Shown here one piece after another: positions 26,736 through 36,888 of a stretch of DNA of 64,000 nt. The notes beneath the pieces were generated by a model that made no database searches, was not told where the DNA came from, and saw only the letters and a program-made list of their open reading frames with translations. The DNA comes from an uncultured delta proteobacterium (GTDB lineage Bacteria; Desulfobacterota; Desulfobacteria; Desulfobacterales; UBA2156). The stretch's first letter is position 1, and each line of letters starts with the position of its first letter. A program made the translations under genes and the position numbers. The stretch is from positions 7,802 to 71,801 of the forward strand of contig CAVOQY010000008.1 in NCBI GenBank assembly GCA_963698465.1. The letters run 5' to 3'.

Positions 26736-27563
26736 ATGGACGCACAGTTGAATCGAATGCTGAAGGCGTTTGCCAAGGGGTCGGACACGCTTTGCGTGCT
26801 CACCGGCGCCGGGATATCGGCGGAAAGCGGCATCCCCACCTTCCGCGGGCCGGAAGGCTACTGGACCGTGGGCTCAAAAGAGTATCACCCCCAAGAAATG
26901 GCCACCTACCAGATGTTCACGATCCACCCGGAAGAGGTCTGGCGATGGTATCTCTACCGCCTGGGGGTGTGCCGGAAAGCCGACCCCAACCCGGGGCATC
27001 TTGCCATTGCGGAAATGGAGCGGCTCTTCGGGGACCGCTTCACGCTCATCACCCAGAACGTGGACGGTCTTCATCTTCGGGCGGGAAACAGCCTCAAGCG
27101 CACTTTTCAGATCCACGGGAACCTCTTTTTCATGCGCTGCGCCGGTGCGTGCACGGAGCAACCGTTTCCCTTGCCCGAACTGGTCCCTTCCAAGACGAAA
27201 AGCGAGCCCATGACCCCGGAAGACCTGAGCCTCCTTCGTTGTCCCCGCTGCAAGGGGATGGCCCGGCCCCATGTGCTGTGGTTCGACGAGACATACGACG
27301 AGCCTCTCTACCGGTTCGCGAGCTCCCTGAAGGTGGCCCGGGAGACGGAGCTTCTCCTCACGGTGGGGACTTCCGGGGCGACCAATCTGCCGAACCAGGT
27401 GGTATGGGAAGCCCGGCAAAAGGGCGCCGTTATGGTGGACGTGAACGTGGAAGAAAATCCCTTCGGCCGGGCGGCCTTGAACAGCCCCCGGGGATTTTTC
27501 CTCAAAGGCAAAAGCGGAACGCTGCTTCCTGCCCTGGTGGAGGCGTTCAAGCAGGCGCTTTAG
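26736..27563 (+). CDS. cobB: NAD-dependent protein deacylase (Sir2/CobB family)
   Basis: Taken from Met MDAQLNRML.... Motifs: GAGISAESGIPTFRG, QNVDGLH, a Zn-ribbon Cys pair (CAGAC ... CPRC) and GTSG. Confidence 0.85.
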   Translation: MDAQLNRMLKAFAKGSDTLCVLTGAGISAESGIPTFRGPEGYWTVGSKEYHPQEMATYQMFTIHPEEVWRWYLYRLGVCRKADPNPGHLAIAEMERLFGDRFTLITQNVDGLHLRAGNSLKRTFQIHGNLFFMRCAGACTEQPFPLPELVPSKTKSEPMTPEDLSLLRCPRCKGMARPHVLWFDETYDEPLYRFASSLKVARETELLLTVGTSGATNLPNQVVWEARQKGAVMVDVNVEENPFGRAALNSPRGFFLKGKSGTLLPALVEAFKQAL

Positions 27564-27574
27564 ACAGGATCGGT

Positions 27575-28860
27575 TTACAGCCCGGCCATCACCGTTTCGG
27601 CGGCGCGGATCGTTTCCTCGAGATGTTCGAGATTGTGGGCCGAAGAGACGAACAGGGCCTCGAACTGGGACGGGGCCAGGTAGATCCCGTTTTCCAGCAT
27701 GCCGTTGTAGTAACGACTGAACCGGTTCAGGTCGCAGGTCTTGGCCTGGGCAAAGGATGTCACTGGGCCTTCGGTAAAGAACATTCCCATCATGGAGCCG
27801 ACGCGGTCGAGGAAGACCGGAATCCCCGCCTTGCCCGCGGCCTTTTTCAAACCGTCGGCCAGATGCAGCGATTTTTCCTCCAGGGCATCGTAGAATCCGG
27901 GCTTTTCGATTTCCTTCAAGGTGGCGATTCCGGCGGTCATGGCCACAGGATTGCCCGAAAGGGTCCCGGCCTGGTAGACGGGTCCCTGCGGGGCGACGAA
28001 TTCCATGATGTCCCGCCTGCCGCCGTAGGCGCCCACCGGCATACCCCCGCCGATGATTTTGCCCAGGGTGGTCAGATCGGGCGTGATGCCGTACAGGGCT
28101 TGGGCGCCGCCGTAGGCCACCCGGAACCCCGTCATCACCTCGTCGAAGATCAGCAGGCTTCCCGCCTTTTCGGTTTCTGCGCGCAGCGTCTCCAGAAAGC
28201 CCGGCACGGGGAGAGACCAGCCCCATGTTCCCGGCTACAGGCTCCACGATGACGCAGGCGATCCGTTCGCCATGCTCAAGCATGGCATCCTGGAAACGCT
28301 GGGAGTCGTTGTAGGGCAGGGAAAGGGTGTGGGCCGCGAAGGACGGCGGGGACGCCCGGGCTTCCCGGGATGCCCAGGGTGGCGACCCCGGATCCGGCTT
28401 CCACCAGGAGGGCGTCCGCGTGGCCGTGGTAGCATCCGTCGAACTTGACGATCCCGTCTCTCCCGGTGAACCCCCGGGCAAGCCGGATGGCGCTCATGGT
28501 GGCTTCGGTCCCGGAGTTGACCATCCGGACCATTTCGACGGAGGGAATCGCGTCGATGATCCGTTCGGCCAGCTCCACTTCCAGATCCGTAGGGGCCCCG
28601 AAGCTGGTCCCGCGCTGAAGAACGGCCTCCACGGCGGCCATGACTGCGCTGTGGCGATGCCCCAGTATCATGGGGCCCCAGGAGCCCACGTAGTCGACAT
28701 AGCGGTTTCCGTCGGCATCATAGATCAGGCACCCCACGGCCCGGTCGATGAAGAGCGGATCGGCCCCCACCGCCTTGCAGGCCCGGACCGGGCTGTTGAC
28801 GCCGCCGGGTATTCTTTTTTGGGCTTCTTGAAAAAGCTTGCGCGATCGGGTGCGTTCCAT
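27575..28860 (-). CDS. hemL: Glutamate-1-semialdehyde 2,1-aminomutase; two frameshifts (about 28340 and G-run 28208-28211)
   Basis: Three collinear pieces in three frames. First: [27 protein letters not shown]...[31 protein letters not shown]. Second: [43 protein letters not shown]. Third: [29 protein letters not shown]...TLGKIIGGG. Confidence 0.85.
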
Positions 28861-28960
28861 GGGCGTTTCCCCTTTCCTTGGGTTCTCAGGTGCTTTACAT
28901 AGGGAAAAAAAGCGCGTAGAAAACTAACAGACCCGATGAATGGGGTCAAGGTGAGGCTGC

Positions 28961-29749
28961 ATGAGCCAGAAAAAGACTCCCAAACAAATCGCCAAATTCA
29001 TCGCCTATGTGCTGGGGCGGCGCCCGGATGAATTCGGCCTTGTTCCCGATGCCGAAGGGTTCGTCAAAATCAAGGCCCTGCTGCAGGCCCTGGGCGAGGA
29101 ACCGGGGTGGGGTTTTGTGCGACGATCCCACCTCAACGAGATCCGGGTCGTGTTTCCCGAGCCTGTCATCGAAATCCGGGAAAACCTTGTCAGGGCCGCG
29201 GACCGGCGGTTTCCATCCGAACCCAAGCCTGCCCAGGACGTTTCCGGACAGCTGTTCACCTGTATCCGGCGGAGGGCATACGCCCATTGCCTCGAAAAAG
29301 GAATCAGTTCCGCGTCTCCGGATCGCGTCTTTTTGTCCGACTCCAGGGAAATGGCTCTGAGAATGGGAAGGCGCCTGGATCCGGACCCGGTCCTGCTGAC
29401 CGTGTCGGCACAAGAGGCACGGCACAAGGGGGTCGTCTTTTTCAGAGCCGGGGACGCGCTTTACCTTGCCGATCAGATCCCCGCGGGCTGTTTTTCCGGG
29501 CCCCCTCTGCCCAAGGAAAGGGTCCAGCCTTCCGTGAAACCGGAACCGGAGAAGCGGATATCGCCGGGAAGCTTTTTCCTGGATCTGGGGCAGAAAGGGG
29601 GCGCGGCCGCTTCGAAGGAGAAACCCGGGAAAGGGAGAGGACCCACCTGGAAGCGGGACCGCAAACGGCTGCGCAAGGAAAAAGAGAAACTCCGGCTAAA
29701 AGGGGGCCCTTCCTTCGTTCTCGGGGACGTATGGGGAGAGGATGGATAG
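28961..29749 (+). CDS. KptA/Tpt1-like (RNA 2'-phosphotransferase fold) protein with degenerate active-site residues and a Lys/Arg-rich C-terminal tail
   Basis: [30 protein letters not shown] aligns by eye to E. coli KptA [47 protein letters not shown] aligns to ILTVKAQEMAKRGLPFW. The tail reads [30 protein letters not shown]. Confidence 0.5.
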   Translation: [262 protein letters not shown]

Positions 29750-30172
29750 GCTCCCGTCTTTTTCCAGCTTTACGGCGGTCTGCCGGTACGTGGAATACCA
29801 GATGCCCAGCTTTCGCCCTTCCGGATCCAGGATTTCGGACCCCACAGGGTCTTCCCGGTGATACCGGGAATACATGAAATCGAGCATCCTCTTGAATCTT
29901 TGTTCCTTGGGATCCACGGGCGTCCACATCCGGGAATTGAACCGGATATCCGGCCGGATTCCGACGACGGCATAAGGCATGAACTCCCTTCCACTGTAGT
30001 AGAACCGGTAGTCGTGCGGGACGTTCGCTTCCTTGAACTGCAGGGTGACGGACGGGTTATTCCGCAGGCTCCCGTAGGACCCGAGGCATCCCGTCACCAA
30101 AACCGCGAGCATCAGAAGGAAGTGCCCGCCTGAGGTGCCGCAAAACCGCTTGGTTTCACTTCTCGCCTTCAT
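29696..30172 (-). CDS. Lipoprotein, function unknown
   Basis: Signal peptide with lipobox LVTGC. 158 aa. Its last 54 nt overlap the convergent KptA-like gene. Confidence 0.55.
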   Translation of the reverse strand: MKARSETKRFCGTSGGHFLLMLAVLVTGCLGSYGSLRNNPSVTLQFKEANVPHDYRFYYSGREFMPYAVVGIRPDIRFNSRMWTPVDPKEQRFKRMLDFMYSRYHREDPVGSEILDPEGRKLGIWYSTYRQTAVKLEKDGSLSILSPYVPENEGRAPF

Positions 30173-30225
30173 ATATTAACCTCCCATCGCCTCGACCGCC
30201 GGGCGGACCGGATCTTCCGGTGCGG

Positions 30226-30606
30226 TCAGCACCGATCGATGACGCCGTCGTCTTCAATGAGATAACATCGGCGGTCGTCATCTTCCATGAAGAAAGAGGC
30301 CGTTCGATCCGTTTCGACATCCCCCTTGTCCTTGAAGATGGATAGGTAGTACCGCCCCTCCGGGACGTCCTCGAAATAATCCATGGAATCGAATCGAGGG
30401 TAGCGCTCCAGCTCCAGGACATCCACGATCCCATCGTTTTCGGCTCGGCGCAGCTCCACCCGGTAGCCGCAGTTGTCGTAATTGTAGATTTGAATGTACG
30501 CATCGTAGGAAAGGTAGCACCCGGGCAAGAGGAAAAAAGCCGCAAGAACTGAAACCACGGCAACTGCCGCTTGCGCTTTTTTATGTTTCATCATGCTGCT
30601 TATCAT
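30226..30606 (-). CDS. Small lipoprotein, function unknown
   Basis: Reads MISSMMKHKKAQAAVAVVSVLAAFFLLPGC (lipobox-like LPGC). The start could be 30606, 30594 or 30591. Confidence 0.5.
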   Translation of the reverse strand: MISSMMKHKKAQAAVAVVSVLAAFFLLPGCYLSYDAYIQIYNYDNCGYRVELRRAENDGIVDVLELERYPRFDSMDYFEDVPEGRYYLSIFKDKGDVETDRTASFFMEDDDRRCYLIEDDGVIDRC

Positions 30607-30810
30607 CGCGATCCGAAGCCCGGCGTTTTTCAGGCCCGGCTGCTTCCGGAAGGGCGCCGGCAACGGCCTCCGGTCTCCTTTTCCACAGGTCAAAGATAGG
30701 ACAGGTTATCGGCCTTGTCATCTTTTGCCTTTCCCACGGAAACGTCAAAGGGGAGCACGGGCCTGGATCCCGGCCTTCCGGGGGCCCCGCTTTACCGGCC
30801 TGAGACGGTA

Positions 30811-32835
30811 TCAGTCCGCCGGGGGCGGATCCGGAAAAGCCGGGTGTTTGTATGCGTTCCAGGATTCCCGGTACATGAAGGCGATGACAGCAAGAAAAAG
30901 GATGCCGATGAGGTCGTCTACGGAAAACAGGCTGTCTCCTCCCGCCATCTTTTTCCGGTACCGGGTCCCATGTTCTTCCATGCGCTTGAGATGTTCCAGA
31001 GAGGCTAAGAAGGACAGAACCTGCTCCCGCAGGGGGGAATTCGCTCCCGCGCTTTTGAGTTCCAGTTGTCGGATCCGCCTGGCAAGGGTCCTTGCGTCGG
31101 ATGCGGCGAGACTTTTAACTTGCGCCTCCTGGAGAAACGACTGTGAGGACAGGAGAAAGGAAATCCGGCTGGCCAGGTCTTTTCCGGTGTCATCGAGCAT
31201 TTCCCTGAAAAAGGAACAGGCGCCTTGCGACAAAGCAATGACCAGGGTTCTTAAAAGATCCTGATGCCCGGCCCGTTGTCGACGGAGTTCGTCCGCCGCG
31301 CTGTTCCAGAAAACCCAGCTGGCATGGCGGAAAAGATCCGGCGGCGTCCGATCCCGGAGGGACGATTTCTGGGAGGCGAGCACGATTTCGGGCAAGAGCC
31401 TGCCGGTTTTTTCGAAAAGCGTCTCTCCCGTGGCTGCGAAAAAAATCAGTCCGGCGGCGGCGTAGGCATCCTGGAGAAAAAAGGTCTGTTTCAGGTTCCC
31501 CACCATTTCTTTGAGCAGCGGGTTGGGGAAAAGGTGGGATGGGGTCGAGTAGGCCGGAGTTCCGGTACAAAGCGGCTGCTCCATGGCCTCCGGGTTTGTG
31601 TCCACGACCAGGGCGGTTTCGAGATCGATGAGCCCCAGGTCGAAGGCTTCGGGATCCTTGGGCGTCTGTTCAAGGCTTTCGGGATCGGTCTCGATGAAGA
31701 TATTTTCCGGCTTGAGGTCCCGCACGGCGAGGTTTTGGGACTTCAGCCTCGCCAGCAGGGCCACGGTGCTTTCGATGAGCCTGCGGATTTTTCCCCGGTT
31801 TCGATCCACCCAGGTCTTTTCCATTCGCTGCCGGCTTGCGGCCCGAAAGGCCTCGATGGCCGCCCGGTGTTTTTCGGAGAAGTCCGACAACACCCCTGGG
31901 AGGGTCCGCGCGAGCTCCTCGGGCAGCTTTGTGTCCTCTGTTTCGAGCTTCTGCCCGGAAAGGTGGGCGCAAAGCCAAGTCCTGCGCCGCAAAACGGAAA
32001 CCGATGCGCCGCGCCCAACGCTCTCCATGAGGTCGGCGATCCGCTCTTCGTACTCGGCCAAAACCTGCCCCATCTCGAAGACCACCGCTTCTTCCTTGGC
32101 CATGTGGAGGGAATCGATTCCGTGCGTCTCCCAAAGAGGGTCGGAAGGTTTCAGGAGCTCTTCGGCGGGCAGGCTGTGCTCGTGGATTTTTTCGACCTGC
32201 TGGTTCAAGAAGGGATACCGCGCAAGGCTCATGAAGAAAACGAACGAATCGCCGATCTTCAGGTAATTCTGCAGGCCGGGATCTTTCCTGAGAAGAAAGA
32301 TGTGGCGCTTTTCGATTTCCTCCGGCGACTGGACCTCCGGGTGGCTCAGCTGGGGGATTTTGTTGAAAAGGGCGGACAAGGAGGGGATGATGCAACGGAT
32401 GGAGGGGGCGGCCTTCCGGGCGATGTGTCCGTCTCTCCGGATGCAGTCGATGTAGGCGTTGAATTCGGAAATAGGCTGCGGGGGAACCTTGACCACCATC
32501 TGGTCGTCGAAGATGACACGGTAGCACGTGCTCTTGTTGGCGATGTTGGCCCCGAGCCTGCCGAGGGTCACGCGACGGGACCGCCATATCCCCTCGTGGT
32601 TCACCCTGAGCGTGCAGGTCCGTTCCGCCTCGGAAGCTTCATCTGCCCGGGGTGCCAATTCCACACGGCTTTCGGCGGAAGGATCGGCCCCCAGCTGCAG
32701 CTTGTAGAGCTTCAGAAAAAACAAGAGGATGGGGTCGAAGCCCCTCGACCCTTGTTTTTTTCTGTCGGTTCCAGTAAGAAATCCCGTCATGGATGTGCTC
32801 TCTCCGGGGAAGGCATACACCGATTCCAAGGCCAT
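30811..32835 (-). CDS. Atypical Ser/Thr protein-kinase-like protein, C-terminally membrane anchored
   Basis: The catalytic loop is AVRDLKPENIF, with Val in place of the His of HRD. IDLETA replaces DFG. GTPAYSTPS matches the GTPxYxAPE region. A candidate N-lobe Lys lies in MVVKVPP. A long insert separates the lobes. A C-terminal hydrophobic helix reads LIGILFLAVIAFMY. An alternative start is at 32790. Confidence 0.65.
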   Translation of the reverse strand: MALESVYAFPGESTSMTGFLTGTDRKKQGSRGFDPILLFFLKLYKLQLGADPSAESRVELAPRADEASEAERTCTLRVNHEGIWRSRRVTLGRLGANIANKSTCYRVIFDDQMVVKVPPQPISEFNAYIDCIRRDGHIARKAAPSIRCIIPSLSALFNKIPQLSHPEVQSPEEIEKRHIFLLRKDPGLQNYLKIGDSFVFFMSLARYPFLNQQVEKIHEHSLPAEELLKPSDPLWETHGIDSLHMAKEEAVVFEMGQVLAEYEERIADLMESVGRGASVSVLRRRTWLCAHLSGQKLETEDTKLPEELARTLPGVLSDFSEKHRAAIEAFRAASRQRMEKTWVDRNRGKIRRLIESTVALLARLKSQNLAVRDLKPENIFIETDPESLEQTPKDPEAFDLGLIDLETALVVDTNPEAMEQPLCTGTPAYSTPSHLFPNPLLKEMVGNLKQTFFLQDAYAAAGLIFFAATGETLFEKTGRLLPEIVLASQKSSLRDRTPPDLFRHASWVFWNSAADELRRQRAGHQDLLRTLVIALSQGACSFFREMLDDTGKDLASRISFLLSSQSFLQEAQVKSLAASDARTLARRIRQLELKSAGANSPLREQVLSFLASLEHLKRMEEHGTRYRKKMAGGDSLFSVDDLIGILFLAVIAFMYRESWNAYKHPAFPDPPPAD

Positions 32836-32889
32836 ATCAAGAGAGCCCGTCGAAGGTCGGCCATCCGAAACTTTTTACTGGAGTCTCCC

Positions 32890-33603
32890 ATGCCGGTACT
32901 GACCCTTGAAACCGATGCAGGTGCCCGGAAGGAACTGGTCCTTAAGAAAGGGGCTTCCCTGTCCATCGGGCGGCAGGAAGACAACGACGTCGTCATTTCC
33001 GACAGCTCCGTTTCACGCCACCACGCGGGGATCGAATCGGAAGGAGACGCCTTTTTCCTCACCGATTACCAGAGCCGGAACGGTTCCTTCGTCAACGGGC
33101 AGCTGGTGATCTTCCGCAAGCTGGCGCAGGGAGATGTGATCGCCATCGGGAACCGGACCCTCACCTTTTCCTACCTTGACGGGGAAAAGCAGCCCGAGGA
33201 AGAAGGGGAGGAGATGTTCGACATGACCATGGCCATGGACACCCGGGACCACCGGTCTTTGCTGGCACGCGGGGTGGCCGATCTGGTCTCTGAATCTGAG
33301 AAGCAAGGGCCGGTGGGCGTTTTGACTTACCTCTCGGGAGGTACCGGGGAAGTGGTCCTCGAAAAGGATGCCGTGCGCATCGGCAAAGGTGCGGATTGCG
33401 ACATCGTCGTTCGGGGAATGCTGGTGGGAAAGACCGCCGCGGTGATCTTTAAAAAAGGCCCTGACTATGGAATCCGTCCCGGTGAGGGGATGTCCAGGCC
33501 GAAGCTCAATTTCCAGGCGCTCAGGGAAGAGATGCGCCTGAATGAGTTCGACGTCATCGACATCGGGTCCGTAAAGCTGCAGTTTCAATACCGGCAGCGA
33601 TGA
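32890..33603 (+). CDS. FHA domain protein (one canonical plus one degenerate FHA-like module)
   Basis: Taken from Met [70 protein letters not shown] (G-R...S-xx-H...N-G). The second half reads [13 protein letters not shown]...KLQFQY. The upstream part of ORF-track entry 31264..33603 is antisense to the kinase and was rejected. Confidence 0.8.
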   Translation: MPVLTLETDAGARKELVLKKGASLSIGRQEDNDVVISDSSVSRHHAGIESEGDAFFLTDYQSRNGSFVNGQLVIFRKLAQGDVIAIGNRTLTFSYLDGEKQPEEEGEEMFDMTMAMDTRDHRSLLARGVADLVSESEKQGPVGVLTYLSGGTGEVVLEKDAVRIGKGADCDIVVRGMLVGKTAAVIFKKGPDYGIRPGEGMSRPKLNFQALREEMRLNEFDVIDIGSVKLQFQYRQR

Positions 33604-33667
33604 CTACCCTGCCGCGGGAGGCCGGAAGAACCCGCAAGGCGGTTACAAATCACGCGAAGGAGGGATC

Positions 33668-35983
33668 ATGGCAGAGGCCGCGCCTGCAAATCCGTCCATA
33701 ACGCAAGCAGCCGTAAGGTTTCAGACGGGTCCCAAGGTGCTTCTTTGGGCGTTGGGAGGCGTCATGATCGGTACGGCCGTCCTCTTCTCGGTGTACCTGC
33801 TTTCCTTCCGGCCGGGGGCGGGCGGGGGTGACGCCTCGTCGGATCCTTTATCCTGGGCCTCCAGGATGGATGCCACAGCCTGGGGATTGGCTGCGGTCTG
33901 GGCGCTTTCCACCGTCTGCTGCGGAATTGTCCTCTTCCGCTGGTTCATACGCCCCTCCGAGCGGTTTGTCCATTATCTCCTGGTCAAGAGCCGGAAACTG
34001 GCGGATCCTCAAGAGCGCCGCGTACCGGGCAACTGGCTTCCCTGGTTCAACGTGGTCGCGGCGGCCTTCAACCGGACCGAGACCCTGGCCCGCGAAGTGG
34101 AAACCAAAAGCGCGGAGCTTCAGGAGAAGGTCAACCTCATCCGGCGATTTTCCTGGGTCTTCGAAAGAAATGAAGAGCTGACCGCGGAAGTGGAAAAAAA
34201 GAACCGGGAACTCGAGGTGGCGGTGGAAAAATACCGGTTGACTGCAGAGGAACTCAAGAAGCACCGTGATCACCTCGAAGAACGGGTGGACGAGCGGACC
34301 CGGGAGCTTTCCGTCGCCAACGAGAAACTTCAGGAAATGATCGGCAGGGCCCGGGAAATGGCGGAAAAGGCCAATGCGGCCAATCAGGCCAAAACCCAGT
34401 TCCTGGCCAACATGAGCCACGAGATCCGTACCCCGCTCAATGCCATCATCGGCTTCACCGACATGATGCTTCAAACCCGGCTGGACGAGGATCAGCTCGA
34501 TTACGTGAATACCACCCGAAAAAGCAGCGAAGCACTGTTCGGGCTGCTGAACAACATCCTGGACTTTTCCAAGATCGAAGCAGGGGAATTGGACCTGGAG
34601 CAGATGGAATTCGATCCGGAGCTTTTGGCCTTCGACATCTGCGAGGTCATCCGGCCCCGGATCGGGAGCAATCCGGTGGAGGTGATCTGTAGAATCGGCG
34701 ACGAGGTCCCCCAGACCGTCAAGGGAGACCCGGGGCGCTTCCGGCAGGTGCTCACCAACCTGCTGGGAAACGCCTCCAAGTTCACGCGGTCCGGGGAGAT
34801 CGAACTGATATTGGACGTGGTGCAGGAGGAGCGGGGGCGCGTCAAGTTGCAAACAACGGTCCGGGACACGGGGATCGGGATACCCGAAGAAAAACTCAAC
34901 GCCATTTTCAATCCATTCCAGCAGGCCGACGAGTCGATGACCCGGGAATACGGCGGAACCGGCCTGGGATTGTCCATTTCCCGCCAGATCGCCAATCTGA
35001 TGGGAGGGGACGTCTGGGCGGAAAGCCGGCCCGGTTCCGGCAGTACCTTTCATTTCACGTCTTGGATGGACCTTCCGGAACCCCGGCCGGAAAAAAGGCG
35101 CATTCCCGCCACCCTCAAGGGAAAGCGGGCTTTGGTTCTGGATGGAAGTCCACGGCATCTAAAAATCCTCATCCAGGGACTGGAAGCCGCGGGCATGGAG
35201 GTCGCCGGCACGGATTCCGTTTCCGAGGCCATGCGAAGTCTTCAGGAAAGCGTCGCCCGTGGCAAACCTGTTGATCTGGGGATACTGGATATCCAGGCGC
35301 CCGGAGCGGACAGCTTTCAACTGACCACCGCCGTACGGACGCTCGTCGCTCCAGCCCGAGACATTCCGCTGATCGCTCTGTCTGCTTCCCTGGAACGGGA
35401 AGGGCAGAAGTGCAGGCGAGCCGGTTTCGGGGCTTTCCTTTCCAAACCGTTTCCCATGTCGAGGCTGTTTCAGGTGATCGAAAGCCTCCTGTCCAAGGAG
35501 AAAGAGGCTGCCCCCCAGGACGGGCTCGTCACCCGGCATACGATCCGCGAGGAAATGAAGCGTTCGGTGCGCATCCTCCTGGTGGAAGACAATCCGGTGA
35601 ACCAGAAGCTGGCAAAAACCATGCTTACCAAGGCCGGATACCAGGTGGACGTTGCGGAAAACGGCAGGGTGGCCCTGGAGAAGTACACGGCGGCTCCGCA
35701 TGGAGTGGACCTGATCCTCATGGACGTGCAAATGCCGGAAATGGACGGCATCGAAGCGACCCGGGCGATCCGAAAAGCGGAATTCGACGGGGATCAGCTT
35801 GAACATCGCCGCGTTCCCATCATCGCCCTGACCGCCCATGCCATGAAGGGGGACCGGGAAATGTGTCTGGGTGCAGGCATGGACGATTACATCACCAAGC
35901 CCATCAAACGGGAGGTCGTTTTGGAGATCCTGAAAAAATGGATATCCGGGATCGATCTTGCTGCAGCCCCCGGTCAGGGGTAG
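33668..35983 (+). CDS. Hybrid sensor histidine kinase with pseudo-receiver and canonical receiver domains
   Basis: Two N-terminal TM segments are followed by a long coiled coil. H-box is [15 protein letters not shown] and G boxes are [10 protein letters not shown] and GTGLGLSI. The first REC-like region lacks the acidic pair (LVLDGSP). The second is canonical ([11 protein letters not shown]...[13 protein letters not shown]...TAHA). Confidence 0.85.
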   Translation: MAEAAPANPSITQAAVRFQTGPKVLLWALGGVMIGTAVLFSVYLLSFRPGAGGGDASSDPLSWASRMDATAWGLAAVWALSTVCCGIVLFRWFIRPSERFVHYLLVKSRKLADPQERRVPGNWLPWFNVVAAAFNRTETLAREVETKSAELQEKVNLIRRFSWVFERNEELTAEVEKKNRELEVAVEKYRLTAEELKKHRDHLEERVDERTRELSVANEKLQEMIGRAREMAEKANAANQAKTQFLANMSHEIRTPLNAIIGFTDMMLQTRLDEDQLDYVNTTRKSSEALFGLLNNILDFSKIEAGELDLEQMEFDPELLAFDICEVIRPRIGSNPVEVICRIGDEVPQTVKGDPGRFRQVLTNLLGNASKFTRSGEIELILDVVQEERGRVKLQTTVRDTGIGIPEEKLNAIFNPFQQADESMTREYGGTGLGLSISRQIANLMGGDVWAESRPGSGSTFHFTSWMDLPEPRPEKRRIPATLKGKRALVLDGSPRHLKILIQGLEAAGMEVAGTDSVSEAMRSLQESVARGKPVDLGILDIQAPGADSFQLTTAVRTLVAPARDIPLIALSASLEREGQKCRRAGFGAFLSKPFPMSRLFQVIESLLSKEKEAAPQDGLVTRHTIREEMKRSVRILLVEDNPVNQKLAKTMLTKAGYQVDVAENGRVALEKYTAAPHGVDLILMDVQMPEMDGIEATRAIRKAEFDGDQLEHRRVPIIALTAHAMKGDREMCLGAGMDDYITKPIKREVVLEILKKWISGIDLAAAPGQG

Positions 35984-36003
35984 GGAGCCTCCCCGGCGTT
36001 TTT

Positions 36004-36888
36004 ATGCAGCCCCTTGACCCCGTCCCTCAATGCACGTCCTGCCTGACAGCCCTGGCCCGGGATGCGGCATCGCTTGCGACCGGCGGGGACCCGGAATTCA
36101 TGGACGCAATGGAAAAAGCGGCCAGGGAACTCCTGCCGGTGGCTCAAAACGGAAAATGGACCTCGCCGCAAATCGCCAATCATCTTCTCCGGCAGATTTG
36201 CCGCAAATCGGGAAATCCGGATCCCTATCGGAAGTTCAAGGACCGGGAAATGGAACAGGCCCGGAAGATCTTTTCCCGGATAAAGCCGCATCTTTCAAAA
36301 GATCTCCGGGGCTGCGTCCAAACGGCTGTCGCGGGCAACAGTTTTGATTTTTTCAAGGATCCGGAAACGCTTTGGGAAGATATCCTCCGATCGGTGAATG
36401 GGACCGTGCCGATGGCCTTCGACCATTTGGACCGGCTGGAGGCGTTTTTAGGCTCCGGCAAGCGGAAGATCCTCTATTTTTCGGACAACGCGGGGGAGAT
36501 CTTTTTCGATATGCCTCTGTTTGCACACCTGGAGGCTTCGGGGGGAACCCCGACCCTGGTGGTCAAGGGCGGGTCGGCGCTCAACGATTTGACACGATCC
36601 GACCTTGCAAGGGCCGGCCTGATCCATCGTTTCTCCAAAGTCGAGGATACCGGGACCGACGGGGTCGGCATCGAATGGGGCCGGGCTTCAGAGCGTTTTC
36701 TTGCGATGGTCAAGGAGGCCGACCTGATCCTTGCCAAGGGGATGGCCAATTTCGAGACGATTTTCCCCAGGGATCTTCCATGTCCCGCCCTGTTTCTTTT
36801 CCGCGTGAAATGCGAGCCGGTGCGACGCTATATCTCGGCGCCGGGGGACAGCGGCGTCGTGCTGTGGAAGGAGGCCGGTGTCACTTGA
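36004..36888 (+). CDS. DUF89 family protein (ARMT1-like damage-control phosphatase family)
   Basis: Taken from Met MQPLDPVPQCTSCL.... Includes ...AGNSFDF... and ...YFSDNAGEIFFDM...KGMANFE, typical of DUF89. Confidence 0.65.
   Translation: MQPLDPVPQCTSCLTALARDAASLATGGDPEFMDAMEKAARELLPVAQNGKWTSPQIANHLLRQICRKSGNPDPYRKFKDREMEQARKIFSRIKPHLSKDLRGCVQTAVAGNSFDFFKDPETLWEDILRSVNGTVPMAFDHLDRLEAFLGSGKRKILYFSDNAGEIFFDMPLFAHLEASGGTPTLVVKGGSALNDLTRSDLARAGLIHRFSKVEDTGTDGVGIEWGRASERFLAMVKEADLILAKGMANFETIFPRDLPCPALFLFRVKCEPVRRYISAPGDSGVVLWKEAGVT

Noticed and set aside
26792-28481. 486-aa plus-strand and 535-aa minus-strand ORFs across cobB/hemL
   Set aside because: They are off-frame or antisense shadows. 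One segment of the 535-aa ORF is simply the middle frame of the frameshifted hemL.
31264-32889. Upstream two-thirds of the 779-aa plus-strand ORF 31264..33603
   Set aside because: It is antisense to the kinase-like gene. Only the last 237 codons, from ATG 32890, show FHA motifs.
33848-35158. 436-aa minus-strand ORF
   Set aside because: It is the antisense shadow of the hybrid histidine kinase.
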